A stretch of 64,000 bases of DNA from an uncultured Bacilli bacterium (GTDB lineage: Bacteria; Bacillota_I; Bacilli_A; RF39; UBA660), in assembly GCA_944332295.1 (NCBI GenBank), contig CALVJR010000002.1:72589-136588 (forward strand), written 5' to 3'. The notes beneath the pieces were generated by a model, which saw only the letters and a list, made by a program, of their open reading frames with translations, was not told the origin of the DNA and ran no database searches. Below are positions 10,301-19,120 of this stretch, in pieces. Both the position numbers and the translations under genes were made by a program. The number at the start of each line of letters is the position of its first letter. Position 1 is the first letter of the stretch.

Positions 10301-11022
10301 AAATTGCTAAGAAGATAGGGGGAGTTTTTCTTTTTTCTATTCTCATTTCTTTTTTTTGTGTTTCATTATTGGGGGAAAAGGTAAATCCTATTTTGTCAAA
10401 TTATTTAAATCTGGAAGTAGAGAGGATAACTTCGAATGTTATTGATTCTACAGTAAATGATGTTTTAGCACAGGGCTTAACACAAGAATTGTTTATTGTT
10501 TCCAAAAATAGCAATGATGAGATTGAAATGATTGATTATAATTCTAAGGAAGTTAATGTTTTATTATCTGATATTAATCAAAGGATTTATTTAAAACTGA
10601 AAAAATTAGAAGAAGGAAATGTGAAGGATTTTGATTTATCTTCTTCTTTATTAGGTTCTGGTTTTCGAAGTGTTAAAAATGGAATAGTCTGTGAAATACC
10701 AATTGGATCTTTGACAAATAATGGCTTTTTAAATAATCTAGGTCCTGTTATTCCTATTAAGATGTCTTTTTTAGGTCAGGTTAATAGTAGTTTAAGAACA
10801 AAAGTTACTAGTTACGGAATTAATAATTTATATTTAGAAGTATATGTTGATGTAGAAGTGAAAGAGCGTATATCTTTGCCTAAATCTTCTAAGGATGTTA
10901 CAATTCATGTAGAAGCACCTTTAAGTATTAAGATCATTTCTGGTAGTGTTCCAGATTATTATGGTGGGATTGTTGGAAAAAATTCTGAGACAGTTTTTTT
11001 AGAAGAATATAATTTGTATTGA
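10297..11022 (+). CDS. YunB-like sporulation membrane protein
   Basis: N-terminal TM, size and synteny after sigG-ylmC; the homology is recalled from memory, not verified. Confidence 0.4.
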   Translation: MKIAKKIGGVFLFSILISFFCVSLLGEKVNPILSNYLNLEVERITSNVIDSTVNDVLAQGLTQELFIVSKNSNDEIEMIDYNSKEVNVLLSDINQRIYLKLKKLEEGNVKDFDLSSSLLGSGFRSVKNGIVCEIPIGSLTNNGFLNNLGPVIPIKMSFLGQVNSSLRTKVTSYGINNLYLEVYVDVEVKERISLPKSSKDVTIHVEAPLSIKIISGSVPDYYGGIVGKNSETVFLEEYNLY

Positions 11023-11049
11023 CATTATATGTTATAATTTTTATAGAGT

Positions 11050-11355
11050 ATGTTAAAGATTGGACGTGATGGAATGAAAGTTTATACATTTAATGGTAAT
11101 GAATATGAATTGTTATCTGATGATGGTTGTTTTTCATATGATTATATTAAGGATTATATTACCGATTATTTTAAGGATTTTGATTATATTTTTGGTGATT
11201 TTTCAGGTGATAAAGTTAGACTAAAAGGTTTTTTTCAAAGTGATTATAAGAATGTTAAGAAGTATAATGATATCAAATATTTAGATTATTATCGTAAAGA
11301 ATATTGTAATTATGGAGCAAAAACCTTCTTATTAAAAAAAGTTAGTAAAAAATAG
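11050..11355 (+). CDS. YutD-like protein (DUF1027)
   Basis: Small acidic protein resembling the YutD family. Confidence 0.35.
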   Translation: MLKIGRDGMKVYTFNGNEYELLSDDGCFSYDYIKDYITDYFKDFDYIFGDFSGDKVRLKGFFQSDYKNVKKYNDIKYLDYYRKEYCNYGAKTFLLKKVSKK

Positions 11356-11416
11356 TTGTAATTTCTTTAAAATACGATATAATTATATTATATGGATAAT
11401 AAAGGGAGGACAATTT

Positions 11417-11680
11417 ATGGAAGAAAAGAAAATGATGAAAATCGTAGCGGAAGATGGCTCTACTGAAGATGTAGAAGTTGTGTTTGCTTTCGAGTTTAAA
11501 GATAATAAAAAAGAGTATGTAATTTATACAAAAAATGAACGTGATGATGATAATAATATTACTATCTATGTTTCACATGTAGATCGTTCGAATGGCAGTG
11601 CGAGACTTTTAGGCGTTGATAGTGAAGAAGAATGGAATAGAATAAAAGATGTTTTACGTGAACTTGCTAAAGGAGAATAA
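11417..11680 (+). CDS. DUF1292-family small protein
   Basis: 87 aa; the pattern IVAEDGSTEDVEVVFAFEFKDNKKEYVIYT is typical of DUF1292. Confidence 0.45.
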   Translation: MEEKKMMKIVAEDGSTEDVEVVFAFEFKDNKKEYVIYTKNERDDDNNITIYVSHVDRSNGSARLLGVDSEEEWNRIKDVLRELAKGE

Positions 11681-11699
11681 TGTTTGAGGAGGGATATTT

Positions 11700-12953
11700 A
11701 TGAATGAAAATGTAGTTTTCAAGGAGATGTCTTTTGATGAGATGCAGACTGTCATGGGTAGTAGACGAATTAAGATGAAACCTATGTCAATGGATCAGCT
11801 TTTGCTTAAGGTGGCTAAGTTTAGTCCTATATCTGTTACTAATATGGGTGCTCCTGAAGTAACACAGACTCCTTCTACTTCTGTAGTAGTTCCTGTTTCT
11901 GATGAAAAACCTGAAAATGTTATTAAAATTTCTACTTTAGATAATATTGAAAAAGAGAATATTAATGATTATGTATTACAATTTTTTCCTTTTATTGAGT
12001 CTAAACCTATTCGATTAACTGATTCTATGTATTTAAAAGTTGGAGCAAATGCTTTAATTACTAAAGAAAACTCTTCAGAAGCAACAACTGTTGCTGAGTT
12101 TCCTTTTAATACTCCTGTTTTTGATTCTGTAGCTGAGACTAGTACGAGTAGTGGTTTAGTTACCGTCAATTCTATTGATACTAGTGCTATTGATGCTCAG
12201 AAAATTCAAGATACAGTTAGTGATGCATTTAATGTTACTGAGGAAAATATGAAAAAAGTAGGATATTCTAATTCTAAAGCTAAAGTTGAAAAATATAATG
12301 GTGATATTGAAGTTGCAAAAGAAATTCCTAAATTTGGTCACATTAATGATGGTATTTTTTCTAATACTGTTAGTAGTTCTGTAGAAGATACAACTAGTAT
12401 TCAAGCAGATGCTGTTGAAAATAATAAAGATAGAGTTGTTCCTATTGTTGCTCCTGTTAGAGAAGAGAAGATAATGGTTGTAGAAGAGAAAAAAGAACCT
12501 GAAGTTAAGCAGTTTGTTTTTGAACAAGATACGAATAATGATAAAAATGAAGTTGTAGAAAAGCCAATTGTTTTAGAAAATTCTGCTGTTGATACAGATG
12601 TTTTTGATTTTGCAAAGGCTAAGGCTATTATTGAGGAAGAAAAGAAAAAAGCAGCTAGTTTGGATGAAAAGAAGCAAGAAGAAGAACAAAAATTAGAAGC
12701 GGCTGTTAAAAATTGTAATGAGCAGCGTGAGGATTATAAGAAAGTTTGTCAGCAAGTTAGAGAAGAGATTGCTTTTTGGCAAAAAACTAATGAGGATAGA
12801 CAACAGGAAGTTCAGCAACTTGAAGAAAAACGTCTTCAACAAGAAAAGATTGCTGCAGATTATGCTCAACAGAAAGCGGAAATTACAAGTTTAATTTCTG
12901 GAACTATGGATTATTCAGAGTCTGCACAATTTGTTAAGTATAGGGCTGCTTAG
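11700..12953 (+). CDS. hypothetical protein with a C-terminal E/K/Q-rich coiled-coil region
   Basis: 417 aa; the C-terminal 150 aa are strongly heptad and charged. Confidence 0.4.
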   Translation: MNENVVFKEMSFDEMQTVMGSRRIKMKPMSMDQLLLKVAKFSPISVTNMGAPEVTQTPSTSVVVPVSDEKPENVIKISTLDNIEKENINDYVLQFFPFIESKPIRLTDSMYLKVGANALITKENSSEATTVAEFPFNTPVFDSVAETSTSSGLVTVNSIDTSAIDAQKIQDTVSDAFNVTEENMKKVGYSNSKAKVEKYNGDIEVAKEIPKFGHINDGIFSNTVSSSVEDTTSIQADAVENNKDRVVPIVAPVREEKIMVVEEKKEPEVKQFVFEQDTNNDKNEVVEKPIVLENSAVDTDVFDFAKAKAIIEEEKKKAASLDEKKQEEEQKLEAAVKNCNEQREDYKKVCQQVREEIAFWQKTNEDRQQEVQQLEEKRLQQEKIAADYAQQKAEITSLISGTMDYSESAQFVKYRAA

Positions 12954-12983
12954 GATATTGGGATTATAAAGTAATAATTATAA

Positions 12984-13010
12984 GGATGACGTCAGTCATT
13001 CTTTTTTTTT
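12984..13010 (+). terminator. rho-independent terminator (GATGAC...GTCATT stem plus T9)
   Basis: Hairpin followed by a run of 9 T immediately after the 11700..12953 stop. Confidence 0.6.
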
Positions 13011-13120
13011 GAAGGAATTGCAATGATATTCTTTTTTTATTGTGGCGTGTAGTAAGGTTGTTAACAATCCGTTTTTTGATAGTCAAGTTATATTTTTGAT
13101 TTTATTTCATATTATTAATT

Positions 13121-13999
13121 ATGAAAAATAAAATTAGATATTATTATAATTTTAATGATTTTAGTCTTACTAGAATTAAAGATTGCTATTATTTTAGATA
13201 TCAAAATATACTTTATTCATTTGAAAGGATAGAGAATATTGAGTATTTTCAAGTAATACTTTCTATTCTTAAGTCAATTCCTAGTTCACGGTTTTTTAAG
13301 GTTGTTCCTAATATTTATAATGATGACTTTTGTACTATTAATAATCAGTCTTATGCTTTATTTATGCATAGGTCAAGTGATTTTTCTCTTTATAAAGAAA
13401 TAATTAATTTGCCTATGTTTAATTATCATATACCTAATATTAAAATCTTTCCCTGGGATTTTTTATGGATAAAAAAAATTAATTATTATGAGTATCAAAT
13501 AAAACATATTTTTAATGTTGATACTTCATTAATAATTAATGATTGTTTTTATTATTATGTTGGTATGGCAGAGAATGCAATTTCTTACTTAAAGTATAAT
13601 TCTGCATTTTTTTCTTCTAATTTATGCTTATGTCATAAACGCATTTCAATTAAAGATTTTTTTCATCCACAAAATATTATTGTTGATTGCTATCCTAGAG
13701 ATGTATCTGAGTATATAAAATATTTATTTTTTTCTAATACGTATCAGGGATTTTGTTTTTCTTCTTTTTTTGAATTATTACATTTTTCCTATAATGATTT
13801 TGTATTATTATACGCAAGGCTTCTTTTTCCTTCATATTTTTTTGATATATACGATAATATTGTCAATACACATTCGGATTATTCTGCGTTAAAATCTATA
13901 TTATTACGTGTGGATGAATATAATAACTTTTTACATTATATTTATACTATTATTTGCAAGTTTATTGAAATACCAGAAGTTTTATGGATAAAAAATTAA
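13121..13999 (+). CDS. hypothetical protein, possibly CotS-family spore-coat kinase-like
   Basis: 292 aa, Tyr/Phe/Asn-rich; weak resemblance to CotS-like proteins. Confidence 0.3.
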   Translation: MKNKIRYYYNFNDFSLTRIKDCYYFRYQNILYSFERIENIEYFQVILSILKSIPSSRFFKVVPNIYNDDFCTINNQSYALFMHRSSDFSLYKEIINLPMFNYHIPNIKIFPWDFLWIKKINYYEYQIKHIFNVDTSLIINDCFYYYVGMAENAISYLKYNSAFFSSNLCLCHKRISIKDFFHPQNIIVDCYPRDVSEYIKYLFFSNTYQGFCFSSFFELLHFSYNDFVLLYARLLFPSYFFDIYDNIVNTHSDYSALKSILLRVDEYNNFLHYIYTIICKFIEIPEVLWIKN

Positions 14000-14235
14000 T
14001 TTTCTGGTATGTTTTGTACTTCTTTTATTTCTGGTATTTCATTCTTTAGGATTTCTTCTATTCCATCTTTTAAAGTGATATCCATCATAGGACATCCTTC
14101 ACATGCTCCTGTTAATTGTACATATACTATATTTTCTTCATATTTGACAAATTTTAAATCTCCACCATCATTAATTAAATATGGTCTTATTTTTTCAATT
14201 AATAATTTTATTTTTTCTTCTGTTTCCTTTTTCAT
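13996..14235 (-). CDS. NifU-like Fe-S cluster scaffold protein (Nfu type)
   Basis: CxxC motif TGACEGCPMM and the flanking conserved NifU C-terminal domain pattern. Confidence 0.75.
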   Translation of the reverse strand: MKKETEEKIKLLIEKIRPYLINDGGDLKFVKYEENIVYVQLTGACEGCPMMDITLKDGIEEILKNEIPEIKEVQNIPEN

Positions 14236-14348
14236 TTTTTATCACCAATGTTATTATATCTCTTTTTTTTTTATTGGTAAAGAGTATTATCTTCTCCTTG
14301 TGATTACATTGTTTTAGTGCTATACTGTTTATGTTGGGATGTGTTTGA

Positions 14349-14723
14349 ATGAATCAATACAAAAAAAATCAAATAGTTAAGGGTTGTGTTACTGGTATAG
14401 AAAAATATGGAATTTTTGTGAGTTTAGATGATTACTATAGTGGATTAATTCATATTTCAGAAATTTCTGATTTCTTTGTTAAAAATCCTGCTGATTATGT
14501 ACATATAGGAGAAACAATTAGAGCTAGGGTTGTTGATGATAGTGAACTTGAATCTTTTCATGTTAAACTTAGTATAAAGAATATGGATTATAGATTTAAT
14601 AAACAATGTAGGAGAGTAAAAATTGTAGAGACTAGTAAAGGTTTTATGACATTAGGTGAAAGCTTACCTATATGGATTTTATCAAAAAAAGAGGAAATTA
14701 AAGAAAAGATGCAAAAAAATTAA
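14349..14723 (+). CDS. S1 RNA-binding domain protein (YugI / general stress protein 13-like)
   Basis: Single S1 domain (VKGCVTGIEKYGIFVSLDD...). Confidence 0.65.
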   Translation: MNQYKKNQIVKGCVTGIEKYGIFVSLDDYYSGLIHISEISDFFVKNPADYVHIGETIRARVVDDSELESFHVKLSIKNMDYRFNKQCRRVKIVETSKGFMTLGESLPIWILSKKEEIKEKMQKN

Positions 14724-14741
14724 AAAAATTATGTTGATAGT

Positions 14742-14770
14742 ATTGACAAACAGTATTTTTATTGGTATAT
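14742..14770 (+). promoter_or_regulatory. sigmaA promoter for the first tRNA operon (TTGACA, 17 bp, TATATT)
   Basis: Hexamers read directly, about 25 bp upstream of tRNA-Val. Confidence 0.55.
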
Positions 14771-14794
14771 TTAGTACTGTCAACTGACATTAAC

Positions 14795-14871
14795 GGGCGA
14801 TTAGCTCAGTTGGTTAGAGCACCTGCCTTACAAGCAGGGGGTCACAGGTTCGAGTCCTATATCGCCCACCA
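14795..14871 (+). tRNA. tRNA-Val (anticodon TAC)
   Basis: Cloverleaf, CTTACAA anticodon loop, encoded CCA. Confidence 0.9.
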
Positions 14872-14872
14872 T

Positions 14873-14948
<76 letters not shown>

Positions 14949-14956
14949 TTTTTTTT

Positions 14957-15040
14957 GGAGAGGTAGCGAAGAGGCTAAACGCGACAGACTGTAAATCTGT
15001 TCCTTCGGGTTCAATGGTTCGAATCCATTCCTCTCCACCA
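14957..15040 (+). tRNA. tRNA-Tyr (anticodon GTA), long variable arm
   Basis: CTGTAAA loop, class II variable arm, CCA. Confidence 0.9.
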
Positions 15041-15046
15041 CTGTAT

Positions 15047-15121
15047 TGCCTCGTAGCCAAGTGGTAAGGCATCAGACTTTGACTCTGACATGCGTTAGTT
15101 CGAATCTAACCGAGGCAGCCA
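15047..15121 (+). tRNA. tRNA-Gln (anticodon TTG)
   Basis: U1-A72, CTTTGAC loop, CCA. Confidence 0.85.
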
Positions 15122-15130
15122 TTATTATTT

Positions 15131-15206
15131 GATCTGTTAGCTCAGTCGGTAGAGCATTTGACTTTTAATCAAAGGGTCATGAGTTCGAATCTCATACAGA
15201 TCACCA
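15131..15206 (+). tRNA. tRNA-Lys (anticodon TTT)
   Basis: CTTTTAA loop, CCA. Confidence 0.9.
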
Positions 15207-15209
15207 GTT

Positions 15210-15298
15210 GCCTGAGTGGCGGAATTGGTAGACGCACAGGACTTAAAATCCTGCGAGATTCAACCCTCGTGCCGGTTCAAGTCCGGCCTTAGGCACCA
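15210..15298 (+). tRNA. tRNA-Leu (anticodon TAA), long variable arm
   Basis: CTTAAAA loop, long extra arm, CCA; only a 3-nt spacer after tRNA-Lys. Confidence 0.85.
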
Positions 15299-15308
15299 TT
15301 TTAATAAT

Positions 15309-15337
15309 TACTCATTAGTTACTGATGAGTTTTTTTA
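15309..15337 (+). terminator. rho-independent terminator ending tRNA operon 1
   Basis: Hairpin CTCAT...ATGAG followed by T7. Confidence 0.6.
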
Positions 15338-15366
15338 TAAACTATGCTCTAGATTTTTAAAAAGTG

Positions 15367-15395
15367 TTGACATAGTTAAAATGTTTTGTTATAAT
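15367..15395 (+). promoter_or_regulatory. sigmaA promoter for tRNA operon 2 (TTGACA, 17 bp, TATAAT)
   Basis: Perfect consensus hexamers about 28 bp upstream of tRNA-Ser. Confidence 0.65.
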
Positions 15396-15423
15396 CATTT
15401 TGTCGTCTGGAAAAGACGCATTC

Positions 15424-15516
15424 GGAGGAATACCCAAGTCTGGTTGAAGGGACCGGTCTTGAAAACCGGGAGGTCGTGCGAGCGGCGCAGGGGTTCGAAT
15501 CCCTTTTCCTCCGCCA
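15424..15516 (+). tRNA. tRNA-Ser (anticodon TGA)
   Basis: CTTGAAA loop, long variable arm, CCA. Confidence 0.9.
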
Positions 15517-15522
15517 TTATAT

Positions 15523-15599
<77 letters not shown>

Positions 15600-15603
15600 A
15601 TTT

Positions 15604-15680
15604 GGTCTCATGGTGCAGCTGGTTAACACGTCTGCCTGTCACGCAGAAGATCGCGGGTTCGAGTCCCGTTGAGACCGCCA
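15604..15680 (+). tRNA. tRNA-Asp (anticodon GTC)
   Basis: CTGTCAC loop, CCA. Confidence 0.9.
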
Positions 15681-15683
15681 TAT

Positions 15684-15759
15684 GGCTTCATAGCTCAGTC
15701 GGTAGAGCAAGGGACTGAAAATCCCTGTGTCGCTGGTTCGATTCCCGCTGGAGCCACCA
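15684..15759 (+). tRNA. tRNA-Phe (anticodon GAA)
   Basis: CTGAAAA loop, CCA. Confidence 0.9.
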
Positions 15760-15800
15760 TTTTGTTAATAACTTAGTTTTATATAAATTGGTTACGTACT

Positions 15801-15877
15801 GCGCTCGTAGCTCAGTTGGATAGAGTGTTTGGCTACGAACCAAAAGGTCAGGGGTTCGAATCCCTTCGAGCGCACCA
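15801..15877 (+). tRNA. tRNA-Arg (anticodon ACG)
   Basis: CTACGAA loop, CCA. Confidence 0.9.
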
Positions 15878-15882
15878 TATTT

Positions 15883-15959
15883 CGGGAAGTGGCTCAACTT
15901 GGTAGAGCACTTGGTTTGGGACCAAGGGGTTGCAGGTTCAAATCCTGTCTTCCCGACCA
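15883..15959 (+). tRNA. tRNA-Pro (anticodon TGG)
   Basis: TTTGGGA loop, CCA. Confidence 0.9.
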
Positions 15960-15970
15960 TTTGATTATAG

Positions 15971-15995
15971 ACGTTGATAATTCAACGTTTTTTTG
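15971..15995 (+). terminator. rho-independent terminator ending tRNA operon 2
   Basis: ACGTTGA-TAAT-TCAACGT hairpin plus T7. Confidence 0.7.
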
Positions 15996-16071
15996 TGCTC
16001 TAATGTGTTTATGGTGTAATTTTGAATATTTTAGATTTATTTGTACTATGTGCTATAGCTTATATTTAAAA

Positions 16072-16120
16072 AAATAAATATTAATAATAGTTAATAAAAT
16101 AAATATTAATAATAGTTAAT
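16072..16120. repeat. two tandem copies (25-bp period) of AAATAAATATTAATAATAGTTAAT
   Basis: Exact 24-nt unit at 16072-16095 and 16097-16120, between the tRNA terminator and the 3' end of the endonuclease-like gene. Confidence 0.8.
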
Positions 16121-16130
16121 ATTTATTTAT

Positions 16131-16895
16131 TTATAAACGATAATATAACATTGAGATATTTTCTTTTTTTATTTCAAAGTTAGTCCCATGATCATAAGTT
16201 TGTCCGCATTTTTTGCCATTTCGATATATTCCAATATTAAATACAATTTTTATTTCTCCTTTTTCTATTAATGATAGAAATGTGCTAAAGTCTTTAATTT
16301 TATAGAAGGTTATATTTGTATATCGAAAATAAGTTGTACTGTTTTTTTTCTTTTTTTCAGCTTCAATAAATGCTAAATATTTCATTTTGGCATCTAATTT
16401 TTCTTGTAATGTTTTAAAATTCCAAAAACAGTTTTTTTCTATAAGATTATAATGATTGTCTAAAATTACTAGATATACTTTTTGATAAAAATAATCTATT
16501 TCTAGCTTCATAAAATAGCTATTATTTATTTTTGTTAATTTGTTCGCTGTAATTGTTGCGTAGAAAATTTTATTTTGAGATAAGACTTTATCACTCCATC
16601 CATATTGATCTTTTAAATATTGTGTTCCGAAAATGTATGGTCCATCAAATGTAGCACTAAATAGTGTTATGTTTAATCTACTATTATATTTTAAGCTTGT
16701 TTTAATTTCTATTCCATTATAGTCTGCAATTGGAAAGTTTTCTCTTTCTTTCCCAATTATATTCTCAAATGTAATTCCAACGTTACCTTTTCCATTCGAT
16801 GTTCCTTCTATCCAATTAAGATTTTTGATTTCTGTAAATTTTAGTGCGAATTCTTCTATATTTTGTTCCATATTTTGCCTCCTCATATATATCAT
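16131..16895 (-). CDS. MvaI/BcnI-family Type IIP restriction endonuclease-like protein (254 aa), with no adjacent methyltransferase
   Basis: The segment PIADYNGIEIKTSLKYNSRLNITLF fits the D-x4-E-x-K catalytic motif and the following SNLTLF-type block as I recall it from BcnI/MvaI. The size (~250 aa) fits this monomeric family. Confidence 0.45.
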   Translation of the reverse strand: MIYMRRQNMEQNIEEFALKFTEIKNLNWIEGTSNGKGNVGITFENIIGKERENFPIADYNGIEIKTSLKYNSRLNITLFSATFDGPYIFGTQYLKDQYGWSDKVLSQNKIFYATITANKLTKINNSYFMKLEIDYFYQKVYLVILDNHYNLIEKNCFWNFKTLQEKLDAKMKYLAFIEAEKKKKNSTTYFRYTNITFYKIKDFSTFLSLIEKGEIKIVFNIGIYRNGKKCGQTYDHGTNFEIKKENISMLYYRL

Positions 16896-17034
16896 TATAG
16901 AAAAAATAGGATGTTCACATGAAAATTAATCTAAATAGTAATTTTATGTTTATGCTAAAAATATATATTTTAAATAAAATATAATTTTGTTTTATATAAT
17001 CAAAAGTATCATATACTTTAATAGGTGATTTCTT

Positions 17035-18093
17035 TTGAAAAAATTTTTTCTTTTTTTAACTTTTTTTCTTTTTTTTCTACCATTCACTGTTGCTGCAGAT
17101 TCAGCTAAATCTACTATTGTAATGGATTTAGATACTGGAAGAATTTTATATGAGAAAAATGCGGAACAGAGGAGATTAATAGCATCAATTACAAAAATTA
17201 TGACGGCGATTGTTGCTATTGAAGAAGGAGATTTAACAGAAAAAATTACTGTTGGTGAAGAAGTCCTTTCTATGTATGGGACTAATATCTATGTAGAAGT
17301 AGGAGAAAAAATGAAACTTCGAGATTTATTATATGGTTTACTTCTTCGGAGTGGAAATGATGCTTCGGTTGTGATTGCTAAAGCTGTTGCAGGTAGTGAA
17401 GAAAAGTTTGTAGATATGATGAATCAGAAAGCACAAGAAATAGGTATGAAAAATACGACTTTTAAGAATCCACATGGTTTAGATGAGGAGTCCGAAAATT
17501 ATTCTACAGCTTATGACATGGCATTACTTTCTAAATATGCATATAAAAATAAAACTTATCGCAATATAGTTTCTACTGATAAGTATGAAGTTTCTACTGG
17601 TAAAAAAACATATCTTTGGTATAATCGTAATAAATTGTTGACAACTTATGAATATTGTACGGGTGGCAAAAATGGTTATACTCCAAGAGCAGGAAAAACC
17701 TTAGTTACAACAGCTTCGAAAAATGGACTTAATTTAACTATTGTTACTTTATCTGATGGAGATATATATAATAATCATCTTGAATTGTATGAAAATATGT
17801 TTTCACAGTATCATCGCTATAAAATAATTGATAAAAATAGTTTTTCTATTGATAAACAATTTGTAGATGAAGAAGTATACCTTAAAGATTCTTTTTATTA
17901 TCCTCTTACTCTGAATGAAATAGATAATATAAAGACAATTGTTCATTTTTTTGAGGACTCTGCTATTGATGAGATTGGTAATATCGAAATCTTTTTAAAT
18001 GATCAAAAGATAGGGGAAGTTCTAATTTATTCCAAATTAAAAAGGAAAGATCAATTTTCTTTCCTAACCTGGTTAAAAGAATTATTTTCTTGA
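17035..18093 (+). CDS. D-alanyl-D-alanine carboxypeptidase (S11 family, DacB/DacF-like) with signal peptide; TTG start
   Basis: SxxK motif (ASITKIMT), SGN motif (RSGNDA) and KTG motif (GKTL). Confidence 0.75.
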   Translation: MKKFFLFLTFFLFFLPFTVAADSAKSTIVMDLDTGRILYEKNAEQRRLIASITKIMTAIVAIEEGDLTEKITVGEEVLSMYGTNIYVEVGEKMKLRDLLYGLLLRSGNDASVVIAKAVAGSEEKFVDMMNQKAQEIGMKNTTFKNPHGLDEESENYSTAYDMALLSKYAYKNKTYRNIVSTDKYEVSTGKKTYLWYNRNKLLTTYEYCTGGKNGYTPRAGKTLVTTASKNGLNLTIVTLSDGDIYNNHLELYENMFSQYHRYKIIDKNSFSIDKQFVDEEVYLKDSFYYPLTLNEIDNIKTIVHFFEDSAIDEIGNIEIFLNDQKIGEVLIYSKLKRKDQFSFLTWLKELFS

Positions 18094-19002
18094 TAATCTG
18101 AAAAAATTGATACTTGGTCTACAGAATAAACGAAATCCGTTATCTGTAGTTCCAATTCCACTTGATATATATAATTTTGATTGTTCAAGTTGATAAAATT
18201 CATTTATGTATTTATTTGCACCTTCTTTTTTGAGAATACCTCCAAGATATGGTATAGCCACTTGTCCGTTATGTGAGTGTCCTGCCAAAAATAGGTCTGT
18301 TTGGTAGCTTGCGATAATATCATCTACAGAATCTGGTTCATGTAATAAAGTTATTGTATATATATTTGAATTATGAGTTGGTTCTTCAAAGTATTGGTAT
18401 GCTTGGTTAATGTTTATATTTCCTGATATGCTACTATTTAGGCCAATTAAAAGAATAGGTGTGTTACTGTTGTTATAGATTAATTCATAGCTATTATTTA
18501 GTATTGTAAATTCACTTTGATTCATGATTGTCGTAAACTGTTCTTTATCTTCTTCTCCTAAGATAGCATATTTTCCAATTGTAGATTTAATTTTTTTAAG
18601 TTCTTTAATTAGCGTTTCTTGTTCTTTTGATTTTAATTTATAATCTTTGTTGATTAGGTCTCCTGTAAATACTACCAGGTCTGGATTTCTACGATTAATT
18701 GTTTTTACTAATTTTTTTATGTCGTTTATAAATATGGTAGAACCATAATGAATATCTGATAGTTGAATGATTTTTAGACCATCAAAACTTTCTGGTATTT
18801 TTTCATCTATGATACGTTCTTCTTTCACAGTAATTAATTTAGATGAGATGTATGTAGTGTACAGAAAAAATGAGATACTTATTATAATTACTATGAAGAT
18901 GACTTTTAGACTTGTTAAAACAATTTTTTTACGTAGTTCTCTATTTTCTTCTTTTATAATTTCTTTTTGTTTTTCTTCATTTCTTTCTGTTCTTGTCGTC
19001 AT
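18082..19002 (-). CDS. membrane-anchored calcineurin-like metallophosphoesterase (YkuE-like)
   Basis: GDLIN and GHSHNGQ motifs, with an N-terminal TM helix. Confidence 0.6.
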   Translation of the reverse strand: MTTRTERNEEKQKEIIKEENRELRKKIVLTSLKVIFIVIIISISFFLYTTYISSKLITVKEERIIDEKIPESFDGLKIIQLSDIHYGSTIFINDIKKLVKTINRRNPDLVVFTGDLINKDYKLKSKEQETLIKELKKIKSTIGKYAILGEEDKEQFTTIMNQSEFTILNNSYELIYNNSNTPILLIGLNSSISGNININQAYQYFEEPTHNSNIYTITLLHEPDSVDDIIASYQTDLFLAGHSHNGQVAIPYLGGILKKEGANKYINEFYQLEQSKLYISSGIGTTDNGFRLFCRPSINFFRLSRK

Positions 19003-19120
19003 CTTATCACCAATATTATTGTATCATAATTTAGAGTAAGTATAAAATAATTCCTATGCTTTTATTTTAGGGTTGACATTAGAAAAATAGAAGAAATTTA
19101 TTTTTTATGATACAATAATA

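Noticed and set aside
11969-12527. Two minus-strand ORFs within 11700..12953
   Set aside because: Antisense to the longer coding frame; composition typical of AT-rich antisense.
14009-14317. Plus-strand 102-aa ORF
   Set aside because: Entirely antisense to the conserved NifU-like gene; F/S/I-rich nonsense composition.
16072-16120. Possible CRISPR array
   Set aside because: Only two directly adjacent repeat copies with no spacers, and no cas genes in the window.
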